Shown here in pieces: positions 1 to 8,460 of a DNA stretch of 43,871 bases. Numbering within the stretch: position 1 is the first letter of the stretch; every line of letters begins with the position of its first letter. The stretch is taken from assembly GCA_036265085.1 (NCBI GenBank), contig DATAPS010000412.1, positions 1-43,871 on the forward strand, in the 5' to 3' direction. The translations under genes were made by a program, and so were the position numbers. Origin of the DNA: Acetobacteraceae bacterium (GTDB taxonomy: Bacteria > Pseudomonadota > Alphaproteobacteria > Acetobacterales > Acetobacteraceae). Below the pieces are notes generated by a model. It was not told the DNA's origin and did no database searches. It saw only the letters and a list, made by a program, of their open reading frames with translations.

Positions 1-7
1 CGAACGT

Positions 8-19
8 ATGGCCCGCCCC
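8..19. repeat. Left subterminal inverted repeat of the IS
   Basis: ATGGCCCGCCCC is the exact reverse complement of 1348..1359. Confidence 0.7.
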
Positions 20-268
20 GTCTGCAAGCTGTGTTGACCTGTTTGGCGCCGAGCAGTTTGCGTGAACGTATCCGGCTTCGGAGCAAGCTCCCTGCCAAGA
101 TGGAGATCCGCGCAGCCCGGTCCTCAAAATCACAGCGACCTCGTAGGCCGTTCGAAGGGCCAGGTTTCCGTGCTGCCGGTCAACTGTCAGGCCATCTCTG
201 TCACCACCTCCCGCAGACGTCGTGGACCCGAACGCCCGTCTTCCGGTCGCCCTGGTCGATCTCGTTCG

Positions 269-1297
269 TTAGCCCGTTGCTGCCGTCTGATAACAATCGC
301 CCCGAGCGAGCACCGCCCAGACGATCCGGGCGAGCTTGTTGGCCAAGGCGACGACGACAATGTTCTTGTGCGCCCGAGCGAGCAGCGCTCGCACCCAGCA
401 ACCCAGCGGCGTCTCCGTCGCGGCGAGCCTTGGCATCACCGCCCGCGCACCGTGGATCAGGTTCTTGCGCAAGTAACGGCTGCCGCGTTTGGTGATGCCG
501 AGCAGCTTCGGCTTGCCGCCCGTGGTCGCTTGCTTCGGTACAAGACCAAGCCATGCGGCCAAGTCGCGCGCACGCGCAAACGCGCTCGCGTCGCCGATCG
601 CTGCCACCAGCGCGGTCGCATTGACCGGACCGATGCCGGGGATCGTTGCCACGCGCCGTGCAGCTTCGTCGGCCCGGGCGCTGGTTGCAAACTCGTCATC
701 GAACACGCCGATGCGCCGGTCCAACTCGGCCCACTCGGCGCGCATGTCGGCGACGAGCAAGCGCAGCCGTGGACTGAGCGGATCCGGTTCTCCGGCGGCA
801 ACCGGCGTGTCCAGCCACGTCAGCAACGCGCGCCGGCGCTGCGGCAGCACGACGCCGCGCTCGAGCAACAGCGCCCGCAGTTGGTTGATCAGTGCCGTCC
901 GTTCCGCCACCAGCCGGTCGCGCGCCCGATGCAGGGCCTGCATGTCGAGTGGCCCCTCGGCCTTGAGTGGCACGAAACGCATCGTCGGCCGTGTCGCCGC
1001 CTCGGCGATCGCCTCCGCATCCCGATCGTCGTTCTTCTGCGCCTTCACATACGGCCGCACATACTCCGGCGGCATCAGCCGAACCTGGTGCCCATGCGCC
1101 TGCCCCGCTCGTCCGACGAAGTGGGCACCACAGCACGCCTCCATCGCGACAATACAAGTCGGCAGCTTGGCCAGGAGCGCCGCCAAACCGTCGCGCGGGA
1201 CCCGTCGCCGCAGCACCACTTTGCCAGTGCTGTCCAATCCCACAACGCTGCAGCTGTTCTTGCCCAGGTCGATCCCAAGCACCGATACCGCCGTCAT
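269..1297 (-). CDS. IS110 family transposase (DEDD N-terminal domain plus C-terminal Tnp domain)
   Basis: Motifs GIDLGKNS, AMEACCGAHF, KNDDRDAEAIAEAATRPTMRFV, IPGIGPVNA, LGLVPKQATTGGKPKLLGITKRGSRYLR and LANKLARIVWAVL. The ATG at 1297 is preceded by AGGAGG (1303..1308 on the complement). The track ORF extends to 1339. Confidence 0.9.
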   Translation of the reverse strand: MTAVSVLGIDLGKNSCSVVGLDSTGKVVLRRRVPRDGLAALLAKLPTCIVAMEACCGAHFVGRAGQAHGHQVRLMPPEYVRPYVKAQKNDDRDAEAIAEAATRPTMRFVPLKAEGPLDMQALHRARDRLVAERTALINQLRALLLERGVVLPQRRRALLTWLDTPVAAGEPDPLSPRLRLLVADMRAEWAELDRRIGVFDDEFATSARADEAARRVATIPGIGPVNATALVAAIGDASAFARARDLAAWLGLVPKQATTGGKPKLLGITKRGSRYLRKNLIHGARAVMPRLAATETPLGCWVRALLARAHKNIVVVALANKLARIVWAVLARGDCYQTAATG

Positions 1298-1347
1298 CCC
1301 GCCCTCCTGTGCAAAAGAGGCGACCCTACCGAGGTTCACCTCAGGGA

Positions 1348-1359
1348 GGGGCGGGCCAT
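1348..1359. repeat. Right subterminal inverted repeat of the IS
   Basis: GGGGCGGGCCAT is the exact reverse complement of 8..19. Confidence 0.7.
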
Positions 1360-1445
1360 CCCATAATCACATCCTCCGCCCGTGTCGGAAGGCCCTCTTT
1401 CGCGATTCCAGTCAGCGAGGGAACGCTCTAGGCGCGGCGATCGCC

Positions 1446-2243
1446 TCAGCGGCTGGCAGCTACGAACGGTGCCTTGGCCGGGACCGGCACGCCGGCACCC
1501 CCGAGGATCGTTTTACGCGCCTCTCGGGCGAGCAGCGCGTAGCCACGGTCCGCCATATGCAGGCCGTCGCCTGCCTGCAGCTCGGCGATGGTTGCCTCAT
1601 GCCGCGCCAGCCAAGCCTTCATCAGGTCCCATCGGCGGATGACCGGCACGCGCAGTTCCTCACCGATCTTACGGATGCTCTCGACATAGTCGAACGCCCC
1701 GGGGGATTGCGCGAACACGCGGCAGAACTGCGGCTCCATCAGCACGACGTCGATCCCGCGGTCCCGAAGCGCGGTGATGTCGGCGCGGGTCAGGGCCTCG
1801 AATCGGTCGAGCGGGACGTGGCGCAGAACGTCGTTGGTTCCGGTCTGGAAGATGACGAGGTCGGGCGCATCGCTCAGTACGGCCGAGAGCCGGGCATGGA
1901 AATCGTCGGCATCCTGGCCGCCGATTCCGCGATTGAGGACGGTCACCGCGCTGTCAGGCAGTGCATCGCCCAGCAGCGTTTGGAGCTTGATCGGATAGGT
2001 TGCTGCCGGGCTGCTCGCGCCGACGCCTTCGGTCGAGGACGAGCCGAATGCAACGATCCGCAACGCTTCGTGCGCCGCGACCCGCTCCGTCACCCGCGGG
2101 AGCGACGCCGACCCTGGGTCGGCGAGAGCCGTCGGAGCAGCGAAGGGGATGCACAGGGCGGCTGCCAGGAATATCGGGGGCACGCAGCGGAGAAGACGCA
2201 GGGCACCGGCGCGCCCGACGTTGCACTTCTGAGAGGGTTGCAT
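1446..2243 (-). CDS. SGNH/GDSL-family hydrolase, secreted
   Basis: Block I is IVAFGSSSTEG, followed by GIGGQD, QTGTNDV and a DGLH C-terminal block. There is an N-terminal signal-like segment ending ALA|DPG. The start is ambiguous (ATG 2243 or TTG 2279). Confidence 0.8.
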   Translation of the reverse strand: MQPSQKCNVGRAGALRLLRCVPPIFLAAALCIPFAAPTALADPGSASLPRVTERVAAHEALRIVAFGSSSTEGVGASSPAATYPIKLQTLLGDALPDSAVTVLNRGIGGQDADDFHARLSAVLSDAPDLVIFQTGTNDVLRHVPLDRFEALTRADITALRDRGIDVVLMEPQFCRVFAQSPGAFDYVESIRKIGEELRVPVIRRWDLMKAWLARHEATIAELQAGDGLHMADRGYALLAREARKTILGGAGVPVPAKAPFVAASR

Positions 2244-2479
2244 TGAGCGGTATGTCTCATGGTAGCGCGAACCGTTCAACCGAAATCGATCGCTTGAATG
2301 CTGTTATCGAATGCCCGCGGCCTCCGAGGCTCTCCGCCCGCAACCAGCTGCCTTCTGAAATCCTGGAGGTCATCCCGGCTTGAAAGGGACCTCCGGCGTA
2401 CTCCCGGCTTGTCCTTGCGCGACGCCTGGCGAATAAGCATCGGCATGACCCATCCCGCCCCCACGAAAGCTGCGAACGC

Positions 2480-3349
2480 ATGAGCGCGCCTCCGCCCGGT
2501 GAGCCACTCGTCCCGGTCGTCCGGATCCGGGGGGCGCTGACCCCGCTGGACGGCATGACCCTCGACACGATCGGTCCGCTGATCGACCGGGCGTTCGAGA
2601 TGGCCGGCGAGGGCGGGGCGGTCGTGATCGACATCGACAGCCCAGGTGGATCGCCCGTGCAGTCCGAGCTGCTGTCCAATCGGATCCGGCGGAGAGCCGC
2701 CGAACGGAACGTCCGCACCGTCGCGGTGGTCGGGGAGATCTGCGCGGCAGGAGGCTATTGGGTTGCCTGCGCGGCCGACGAAATCGTCGCGCACACAATG
2801 AGTGTCGTCGGGCTCAACGGCATCATCGGCGTGAACGGTGTTCTCGATGGCGGCTTCGAGGTCAACGAGGCGCTCAGCCGAGTCGCGCGGGAAGGTTGGA
2901 CGGCATCACTCGCCAGCAACGTGGCCGGCAGTTTCGCGTCAGCTTCGGCATCGGGCGACGAGTACGGTGCCGGATATTATTCCGGCTCACCCGTCCGCGG
3001 ACTCGGCGCGCGGCGGCAGACCGACTCCATGTACGCGAAGCGTCTACTCGACGACTTGCAGGAGCAATTCCGGCTCTGGGTTCAGACGCGCCGCGGCGAG
3101 CGGCTGCGGATCGACGCGACGCCGATCTTTTCCGGCAGCCTCGTGCTCGGTGAGCAGGCGATGACCATCGGGCTGGTCGATCGCCTCGGGGACCTTGAAA
3201 CCACCATCGAACAGCTCGGCGGCGAGTCGGCGCGGCCCCGGATCTTCAGCACGGCCGGTGGCACAACCACCGACTTCGTCCGATTCGCGATGGATGCGGC
3301 GCGCGCCTTCATCGCGCAACGCGTGCCACCACCCGGGACCAAGGATTAG
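2480..3349 (+). CDS. S49 (SppA/SohB-type) peptidase family homologue, probably non-catalytic
   Basis: Conserved S49 core: VVIDIDSPGGSPVQSE and CAAGGYWVACAADEIVA. The expected GSIGV nucleophile motif reads GLNGIIGV, followed by a Gly/Ser/Ala-rich insert (see findings). Confidence 0.75.
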   Translation: MSAPPPGEPLVPVVRIRGALTPLDGMTLDTIGPLIDRAFEMAGEGGAVVIDIDSPGGSPVQSELLSNRIRRRAAERNVRTVAVVGEICAAGGYWVACAADEIVAHTMSVVGLNGIIGVNGVLDGGFEVNEALSRVAREGWTASLASNVAGSFASASASGDEYGAGYYSGSPVRGLGARRQTDSMYAKRLLDDLQEQFRLWVQTRRGERLRIDATPIFSGSLVLGEQAMTIGLVDRLGDLETTIEQLGGESARPRIFSTAGGTTTDFVRFAMDAARAFIAQRVPPPGTKD

Positions 3350-3350
3350 G

Positions 3351-3394
3351 CCGGTTCGCACGCGGTAGAGGCGATCGAAACGCGCGCGAACCGG
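3351..3394 (+). terminator. Stem-loop immediately after the S49 stop codon (possible terminator, no T-tract)
   Basis: CCGGTTCGCACGCG (3351..3364) pairs with CGCGCGCGAACCGG (3381..3394). This gives 14 bp with one mismatch and a 16-nt loop. No U-run follows. Confidence 0.35.
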
Positions 3395-3447
3395 GAGCAG
3401 GTTCATACGTTGCCCCCACGTTGATTCACCCCGGAAAGGGCGTGGCT

Positions 3448-3600
3448 ATGGGTACGATCCTCCTCATCATCCTGATCATCCTGCTGCTCGGCGCCTTGCC
3501 AACCTGGCCGTACAGCTCCGGCTGGGGCTACTACCCCTCGGGCGGCCTCGGACTGATCCTGCTGATCATCATCATCCTGCTGGTCGTCGGCAGGATCTGA
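3448..3600 (+). CDS. DUF3309-like small hydrophobic protein (50 aa)
   Basis: Hand translation gives MGTILLIILIILLLGALPTWPYSSGWGYYPSGGLGLILLIIIILLVVGRI*. It has two hydrophobic segments around a PxWPYSxxWGYxPSGG core typical of DUF3309. It is below the length cutoff of the ORF track, which shows only the antisense ORF 3403..3624. Confidence 0.7.
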   Translation: MGTILLIILIILLLGALPTWPYSSGWGYYPSGGLGLILLIIIILLVVGRI

Positions 3601-3645
3601 CGGCTGGGCCATAGGGCAGACCAAACTAACGTCCGCCCCACGGCC

Positions 3646-4527
3646 CTAGACCGGCGATTCCGCGAGCATCCGGCCGGCGACGGCATCGAGCTTCTTCATC
3701 AGCTCGGGGTCGCGGCGTTCAGGCGCGGTGATGAGCGCGTATTCGAGAGCACGGTCGCAGCCGGCGGGGCACGGCCCCCTTTCGGCGCCGAGTGGCGGCA
3801 CGACGTGCTGCACCAGCGCGCGTGCCTTGTCGGCGTTCTCGAGGAGCACCTTGACGACGGTGTCGACGGTCACGTGGTCGTGGTCCGGGTGCCAGCAGTC
3901 GTAATCCGTCACCATCGCAACGGTCGCGTAGCAGAGCTCCGCCTCGCGGGCTAGCTTGGCCTCCGGCATGTTCGTCATCCCGATCACGCTGCAGCCCCAG
4001 CTCCGGTAGAGGGCGCTCTCCGCCTTGGTCGAGAACTGCGGCCCTTCCATCACGAGGTATGTGCCGCCGCGGGTCATGGGCAGCCCGAGGGCCTTCGCCG
4101 AGGCCTCGAGCGTGTCGCCGATACGCGAGCAGACCGGGTCGGCAACCGACACATGCGCGACGCAACCTTCGCCGAAGAAGCTTTTCTCCCGCGCGAAGCT
4201 CCGGTCGATGAACTGGTCCACGATGACAAAGTGGCCCGGTGGGAGTTCCGCCTTGAGGCTGCCGACCGCCGAGAGCGAGATCACATCGGTGCAGCCGGAG
4301 CGCTTCAGCGCGTCGATATTCGCGCGGTAGTTGAGATGCGTGGGCGAGAACCGGTGCCCGCGTCCGTGACGCGGTAGGAACACGCAGCGGACGCCGCCGA
4401 GCCAGCCTTCAAGCAGTTCGTCGGACGGCTCGCCCCACGGCGTATGCACCCGCCGCCAGGCTTTCCGCTCGAGCCCATCGATATCGTAAATGCCCGAGCC
4501 GCCGATGATGCCGACGACGGGGGTCAT
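3646..4527 (-). CDS. mtnP: S-methyl-5'-thioadenosine phosphorylase
   Basis: MTPVVGIIGGSGIYD...TPWGEPSD...FLPRHGRGH...NYRANIDALK...SLSAVGSL...DQFIDRS is the MTAP/PNP-family signature. The internal ATG at 4527 was chosen because the upstream extension lies in a repeat element. Confidence 0.9.
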   Translation of the reverse strand: MTPVVGIIGGSGIYDIDGLERKAWRRVHTPWGEPSDELLEGWLGGVRCVFLPRHGRGHRFSPTHLNYRANIDALKRSGCTDVISLSAVGSLKAELPPGHFVIVDQFIDRSFAREKSFFGEGCVAHVSVADPVCSRIGDTLEASAKALGLPMTRGGTYLVMEGPQFSTKAESALYRSWGCSVIGMTNMPEAKLAREAELCYATVAMVTDYDCWHPDHDHVTVDTVVKVLLENADKARALVQHVVPPLGAERGPCPAGCDRALEYALITAPERRDPELMKKLDAVAGRMLAESPV

Positions 4528-4546
4528 TCTTGACTGACCGAAGCGG

Positions 4547-4648
4547 CCCCCTCCCCTCGCGGCAGGGGGTTGGGGGAGGGCGAGAAACATCGAGATCCCG
4601 CTTGCATCTCCCCCCCACCCAACCCTCCCCCGCAAGGGGGGAGGGCTA
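4547..4648. repeat. Pair of inverted GC-rich REP-like palindromic units (GGGGAGGG/CCCTCCCC type)
   Basis: Unit A (4547..4583) has CCCTCCCC...GGGGAGGG arms. Unit B has a CCCTCCCCC-GCAAG-GGGGGAGGG hairpin (4623..4645). B is roughly the reverse complement of A, so the whole region can form a long imperfect stem. It lies between the petC stop and the mtnP start. Confidence 0.5.
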
Positions 4649-4668
4649 TTCCGTCGAGCGGGCGAATC

Positions 4669-5439
4669 TCAATGCACCGCCGACCAGATCTTCCGCTTCA
4701 TTGCGTAAACCAGCCCAGTCATCATGATCAGGAAGAGGATCACCTTCACGCCCATCCGCTTGCGCTGCTCCATCTCCGGGCTGGCGATATAGGTGAGGAA
4801 CGTCGTGACGTCGTGCGCTTCCTGTGCGACCGTCGCCTTCGTGCCGTCGGCGTACTGAACGAGGTCGTCGCTGAGCGGAGGCGGCATCTTGATGAATTGC
4901 GAAGGGAAATACTTGTTGTAGTACGTCCCCTCCGGCACCGCGGCGCCCTGCGGCGGATCCGTGTAGCCGGTCAGCAGCGCATAGATGTAATCGGGGCCGC
5001 CCGCGCGCGCGTTCACGAGCAGCGACTGGTCCGGCGGGATCGCTCCGTTCATCGCCGCCTTCGCCGCATCATCGTTGGGGAACGGCGAGACGAAATGGTC
5101 CGAGGGTAGTCCAGGCCGCGTCGTCGGCTGGCCGCTGTCGTCGAGCGCGGGGACCTGCTTGCTCGCGGCGATCGCCTTCACCTGCTCAGGGCTGAACCCG
5201 ATGCCTTCGAGATCCCGGAAATACGCACTCCTCAGCGAATGACAGGTCGCACAGACCTGATTGTAGACCGCAAAGCCGCGCTGCGCGGCGGCACGGTCGA
5301 ACGTGCCGAACGGTCCGTTGAAGCTCCATTTCTCGTGCGGCAGCGTGATCTCGTCCGCGCCGAAGGTCGCAATCGGGGCGGCGACGAGCGCCGCGGCCGC
5401 GATCAGGCCCCAGCCCTTCCCGGTGATGCGGCGCATCAT
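4669..5439 (-). CDS. petC: Cytochrome c1 (bc1 complex)
   Basis: Signal peptide, CATCHS haem motif and C-terminal membrane anchor. The ATG at 5439 overlaps the petB stop (ATGA). Confidence 0.9.
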   Translation of the reverse strand: MMRRITGKGWGLIAAAALVAAPIATFGADEITLPHEKWSFNGPFGTFDRAAAQRGFAVYNQVCATCHSLRSAYFRDLEGIGFSPEQVKAIAASKQVPALDDSGQPTTRPGLPSDHFVSPFPNDDAAKAAMNGAIPPDQSLLVNARAGGPDYIYALLTGYTDPPQGAAVPEGTYYNKYFPSQFIKMPPPLSDDLVQYADGTKATVAQEAHDVTTFLTYIASPEMEQRKRMGVKVILFLIMMTGLVYAMKRKIWSAVH

Positions 5440-6710
5440 GCCTTCTCCATCGGCTTGGCCGGCGTGGCGCCCGGCAGCGGCCCCCCGCCGCGCGGCGAGA
5501 TGACCGGGCGGCTGATGCTGTTCGGCAGCGGCAGCGGCCGCTCCAGCTTGCCGAGGACCGGCAACAGCACGAGGAAGTGGAAGAAGTAGTAGGTCGTCGC
5601 CACGCGGCCGAGCACCACCCAGATGCCCTCCGGCCGATGCCCGCCGACCATGCCGAGCACGACGACCGCGAGCACCAGGACGATCACGAACGGCCGGTAG
5701 AGCGGGCGGAACCGGGCGCTCCGCACCGGGCTGGTGTCGAGCCAGGGCAGTACGAACAGGACGAGGATCGCGCCGAACATCAGCACGACGCCGCCGAGCT
5801 TGTTCGGCACCGAGCGCAGGATCGCGTAGAACGGCAGCAGATACCATTCCGGCACGATCTCGGACGGCGTCTGCAGCGGGTTCGCCGGGATGGAGTTGCT
5901 GGGATCGCCCAGCATGTTCGGCGCGAAGCACACGATTGCCGCCCAGACGATCAGGAACACGCAGACACCGACGCTGTCCTTGACCGTGTAGTATGGGTGG
6001 AACGGGAGCGTGTCCTGCGGGCTCTTGACGTCGATGCCGAGCGGATTATTCGACCCGGTGACGTGCAGCGCGACAACGTGCAGGAACACCACGCCCAGGA
6101 TCACGAACGGCAGCAGATAGTGCAGGCTGAAGAAGCGGTTGAGCGTCGCGTTGTCGATCGCGAAGCCGCCACGCAGCCACACGACGATGTCGTTGCCGAT
6201 GAGCGGGATCGCGGAGAACAGGTTGGTGATGACGGTGGCACCCCAATAGGACATCTGGCCCCAGGGCAGCACGTAGCCCATGAACGCGGTCGCCATCATC
6301 AAGAGCAGGATGACGACCCCGAGGATCCACAGCAGCTCGCGCGGCTTCTTGTAGGAGCCGTAATAGAGGCCGCGGAACATGTGGATGTAGACCGCGATGA
6401 AGAACATCGACGCGCCCACCGCGTGCGCGTAGCGCAGCAGCCAGCCGTAATTCACGTCGCGCATGATCGACTGGACGCTGTCGAACGCCAGCGCCGAGTT
6501 CGGCACGTAGTGCATCGCCAGGAAGATGCCGGTGACCATCATCAGCGCCAACGAGACGGTCGCGAGCGCGCCGAAGTTCCAGAAGTAGTTGAAGTTCTTC
6601 GGCGTCGGGAAGACGACGTATTCCTTCGTCATCATCGACAGGATCGGCAGCCGCGTGTCGATCCAGTTGAGGAGGGGGTTCTGGAACTCGCTCTTATGCA
6701 GTCCGGCCAT
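5436..6710 (-). CDS. petB: Cytochrome b (bc1 complex)
   Basis: Canonical cytochrome b sequence: [38 protein letters not shown]. The ATG is at 6710 (MAGLHKSE). Confidence 0.95.
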   Translation of the reverse strand: MAGLHKSEFQNPLLNWIDTRLPILSMMTKEYVVFPTPKNFNYFWNFGALATVSLALMMVTGIFLAMHYVPNSALAFDSVQSIMRDVNYGWLLRYAHAVGASMFFIAVYIHMFRGLYYGSYKKPRELLWILGVVILLLMMATAFMGYVLPWGQMSYWGATVITNLFSAIPLIGNDIVVWLRGGFAIDNATLNRFFSLHYLLPFVILGVVFLHVVALHVTGSNNPLGIDVKSPQDTLPFHPYYTVKDSVGVCVFLIVWAAIVCFAPNMLGDPSNSIPANPLQTPSEIVPEWYLLPFYAILRSVPNKLGGVVLMFGAILVLFVLPWLDTSPVRSARFRPLYRPFVIVLVLAVVVLGMVGGHRPEGIWVVLGRVATTYYFFHFLVLLPVLGKLERPLPLPNSISRPVISPRGGGPLPGATPAKPMEKA

Positions 6711-6723
6711 TGCCCAGTCTCCG

Positions 6724-7290
6724 TCAGCCGATCTTGATCTTCGAGTCGGTCTCGAACGCATAAGGCGGCACCGCGAGGTTCGCCGGCGCGGGACCGTGGC
6801 GCACGCGGCCCGACGTGTCGTACTGGCTGCCGTGGCAGGGACAGAACCAGCCGCCCCACTCGCCGCGCGGATCGGTCGGCCTGTTGCCGAGCGGGATGCA
6901 GCCGAGATGCGTGCAGATGCCGATCACGACGAGCCACTGGTCGTGGCCGGACTTGACCCGCGCCGAATCAGTCTGCGGGTCGATCAGGTCGTTGAGCGGA
7001 ACGTCCTCCGCCTCCTTGATCTCCTTGGGCGTGCGATGGCGCACGAATGTCGGCTGGCCCTGCCAGACCACGGTGATCGCGGATCCCTCGGGGATCGGCG
7101 TCAGGTCGACCTCGGTGGTGGAGAGCGCCAGCACGTCGGCGGTCGGGTTCATACTATCGATCAGCGGCCACGCGATCGCGCCGGCGCCGACCGCGGCGCC
7201 TGCGAGCGTCAGCAATTGCAGGAAATCACGCTTGGTGACGCCATCACCCGGCGGGTGGTCTTCCGGTGATGCATTCGCAGTCGCCGACAT
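6724..7290 (-). CDS. petA: Ubiquinol-cytochrome c reductase Rieske iron-sulfur subunit
   Basis: CTHLGCIP and CPCHGSQYD Rieske boxes. It is the first gene of the petABC order. Confidence 0.95.
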   Translation of the reverse strand: MSATANASPEDHPPGDGVTKRDFLQLLTLAGAAVGAGAIAWPLIDSMNPTADVLALSTTEVDLTPIPEGSAITVVWQGQPTFVRHRTPKEIKEAEDVPLNDLIDPQTDSARVKSGHDQWLVVIGICTHLGCIPLGNRPTDPRGEWGGWFCPCHGSQYDTSGRVRHGPAPANLAVPPYAFETDSKIKIG

Positions 7291-7551
7291 GTCTCAGTCC
7301 CTCTCCACCACGTCCACCGGCGGCGCCGGCGGAATGAATCGCGTCGCGGACACTGGCCCGCGGCTCCCAACCGACGAAGCTGGCTCGCCTTGGGCCGGTC
7401 CGGATGCGCAGAGACGAACAACGCCCACATCGATCGGCAGCCCGGCGTGCGGATAACCCAAGCAACACCAGTCGTCTAGGGCTGCCCCACCTGCTTTGCT
7501 AAACCGCGTCGCGCCCTCGACGGACAACCCGGCACATTGGTAGGTAATGAC

Positions 7552-8457
7552 ATGTCGCAACCGTCGCTCACGGCCGATCCAGTGCCGCACGTCGCCCTGC
7601 AGGCGCGCGCGCGCGCGTGGTTCGAGGAACTGCGAGACCGGATCTGCAGTGCGTTCGAGGCGATCGAGGACGAACATGGCGGTGCCGATCCGGCCGGTCG
7701 GTTCGTGCGCAGCGCATGGGAGCGGCCGCTTGCGGAGGACGAGACGCGCGCGGGTGCGGGCGGCGGCGGCGTGATGAGCGTGATGCGGGGGCGGACGTTC
7801 GAGAAGGTCGGCGTCAACGTCTCGACGGTGTCCGGCACGTTCAGCCCGGAGTTCCGCAAGCAGATCCCGGGGGCGGAGGAGGATCCCCGCTTCTGGGCGA
7901 GCGGCATCTCGCTGGTTGCGCATATGCGCAGCCCGAAGGTGCCCGCCGCGCACTTCAATACGCGCATGATCGTCACAACGCGCGGCTGGTTCGGCGGCGG
8001 CGGCGACCTCACGCCGATGCGGATGGAAACGGCGGAAGCGCGGGAGGATGCCGCCGATTTCCACGGCGCGTTCCGTCGGGCTTGTGACGCGCACGGGCCT
8101 GATTTCTACGCAAAGTACAAGGAATGGTGCGACCGCTACTTCTTCCTCCCGCACCGGGGCGAGCCGCGCGGGGCGGGCGGCATCTTCTTTGATTACCACG
8201 ATACCGGCGACCTCGAGGCCGATCTCGCATTCACCCGCGACGTCGGCCTCGCCTTTCTCGACATCTACCCGCGGATCGTGCGTCGGCGCCTGCGCGACAA
8301 GTGGACACCGGAGGACCGCGACCATCAGCTCGTCCGGCGCGGGCGATATGTAGAGTTCAACCTGCTCTATGACCGAGGGACGCTGTTCGGGCTGAAGACC
8401 GGCGGCAACACGGAGGCGATCCTGATGAGCATGCCGCCCGAAGTGCGCTGGCCCTGA
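7552..8457 (+). CDS. hemF: Oxygen-dependent coproporphyrinogen III oxidase
   Basis: WERP...[37 protein letters not shown] and [15 protein letters not shown] are HemF signatures. The ATG at 7552 is preferred to the TTG at 7537. Confidence 0.9.
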   Translation: MSQPSLTADPVPHVALQARARAWFEELRDRICSAFEAIEDEHGGADPAGRFVRSAWERPLAEDETRAGAGGGGVMSVMRGRTFEKVGVNVSTVSGTFSPEFRKQIPGAEEDPRFWASGISLVAHMRSPKVPAAHFNTRMIVTTRGWFGGGGDLTPMRMETAEAREDAADFHGAFRRACDAHGPDFYAKYKEWCDRYFFLPHRGEPRGAGGIFFDYHDTGDLEADLAFTRDVGLAFLDIYPRIVRRRLRDKWTPEDRDHQLVRRGRYVEFNLLYDRGTLFGLKTGGNTEAILMSMPPEVRWP

Positions 8458-8460
8458 GCC

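Larger units (their letters stand above)
8..1359 (-). mobile_element. IS110-family insertion sequence, IS1111-like subgroup (minimum extent set by its subterminal inverted repeats)
   Basis: A perfect 12-bp inverted repeat, ATGGCCCGCCCC (8..19) and GGGGCGGGCCAT (1348..1359), brackets a single IS110-type transposase gene. The unit is about 1.35 kb. The true outer ends may lie a few nt beyond the repeats, and the left end is 7 nt from the window edge. Confidence 0.75.

Noticed and set aside
62-2246. Long plus-strand ORFs 62..1366 (434 aa) and 489..2246 (585 aa) overlapping the transposase and hydrolase genes
   Set aside because: They are Arg/Ala/Pro/Ser-rich, low-information translations antisense to or out of frame with genes that have clear family motifs. 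Such open frames are typical in very GC-rich DNA.
4570-5109. 179-aa plus-strand ORF starting inside the GGGGAGGG repeat (MGEGEKHRDPACISPPPNPPPQGG...)
   Set aside because: The N-terminus is a translation of the REP-like palindrome, and the remainder is antisense to cytochrome c1.
5577-6737. 386-aa plus-strand ORF antisense to cytochrome b
   Set aside because: Its composition (runs of D/E/R/H/Q) is the mirror of a hydrophobic membrane protein. The opposite strand encodes an unmistakable cytochrome b.
7294-8325. 343-aa minus-strand ORF antisense to hemF, plus the nested ORF 7476..8012
   Set aside because: No recognisable motifs. The plus-strand frame is a textbook HemF.
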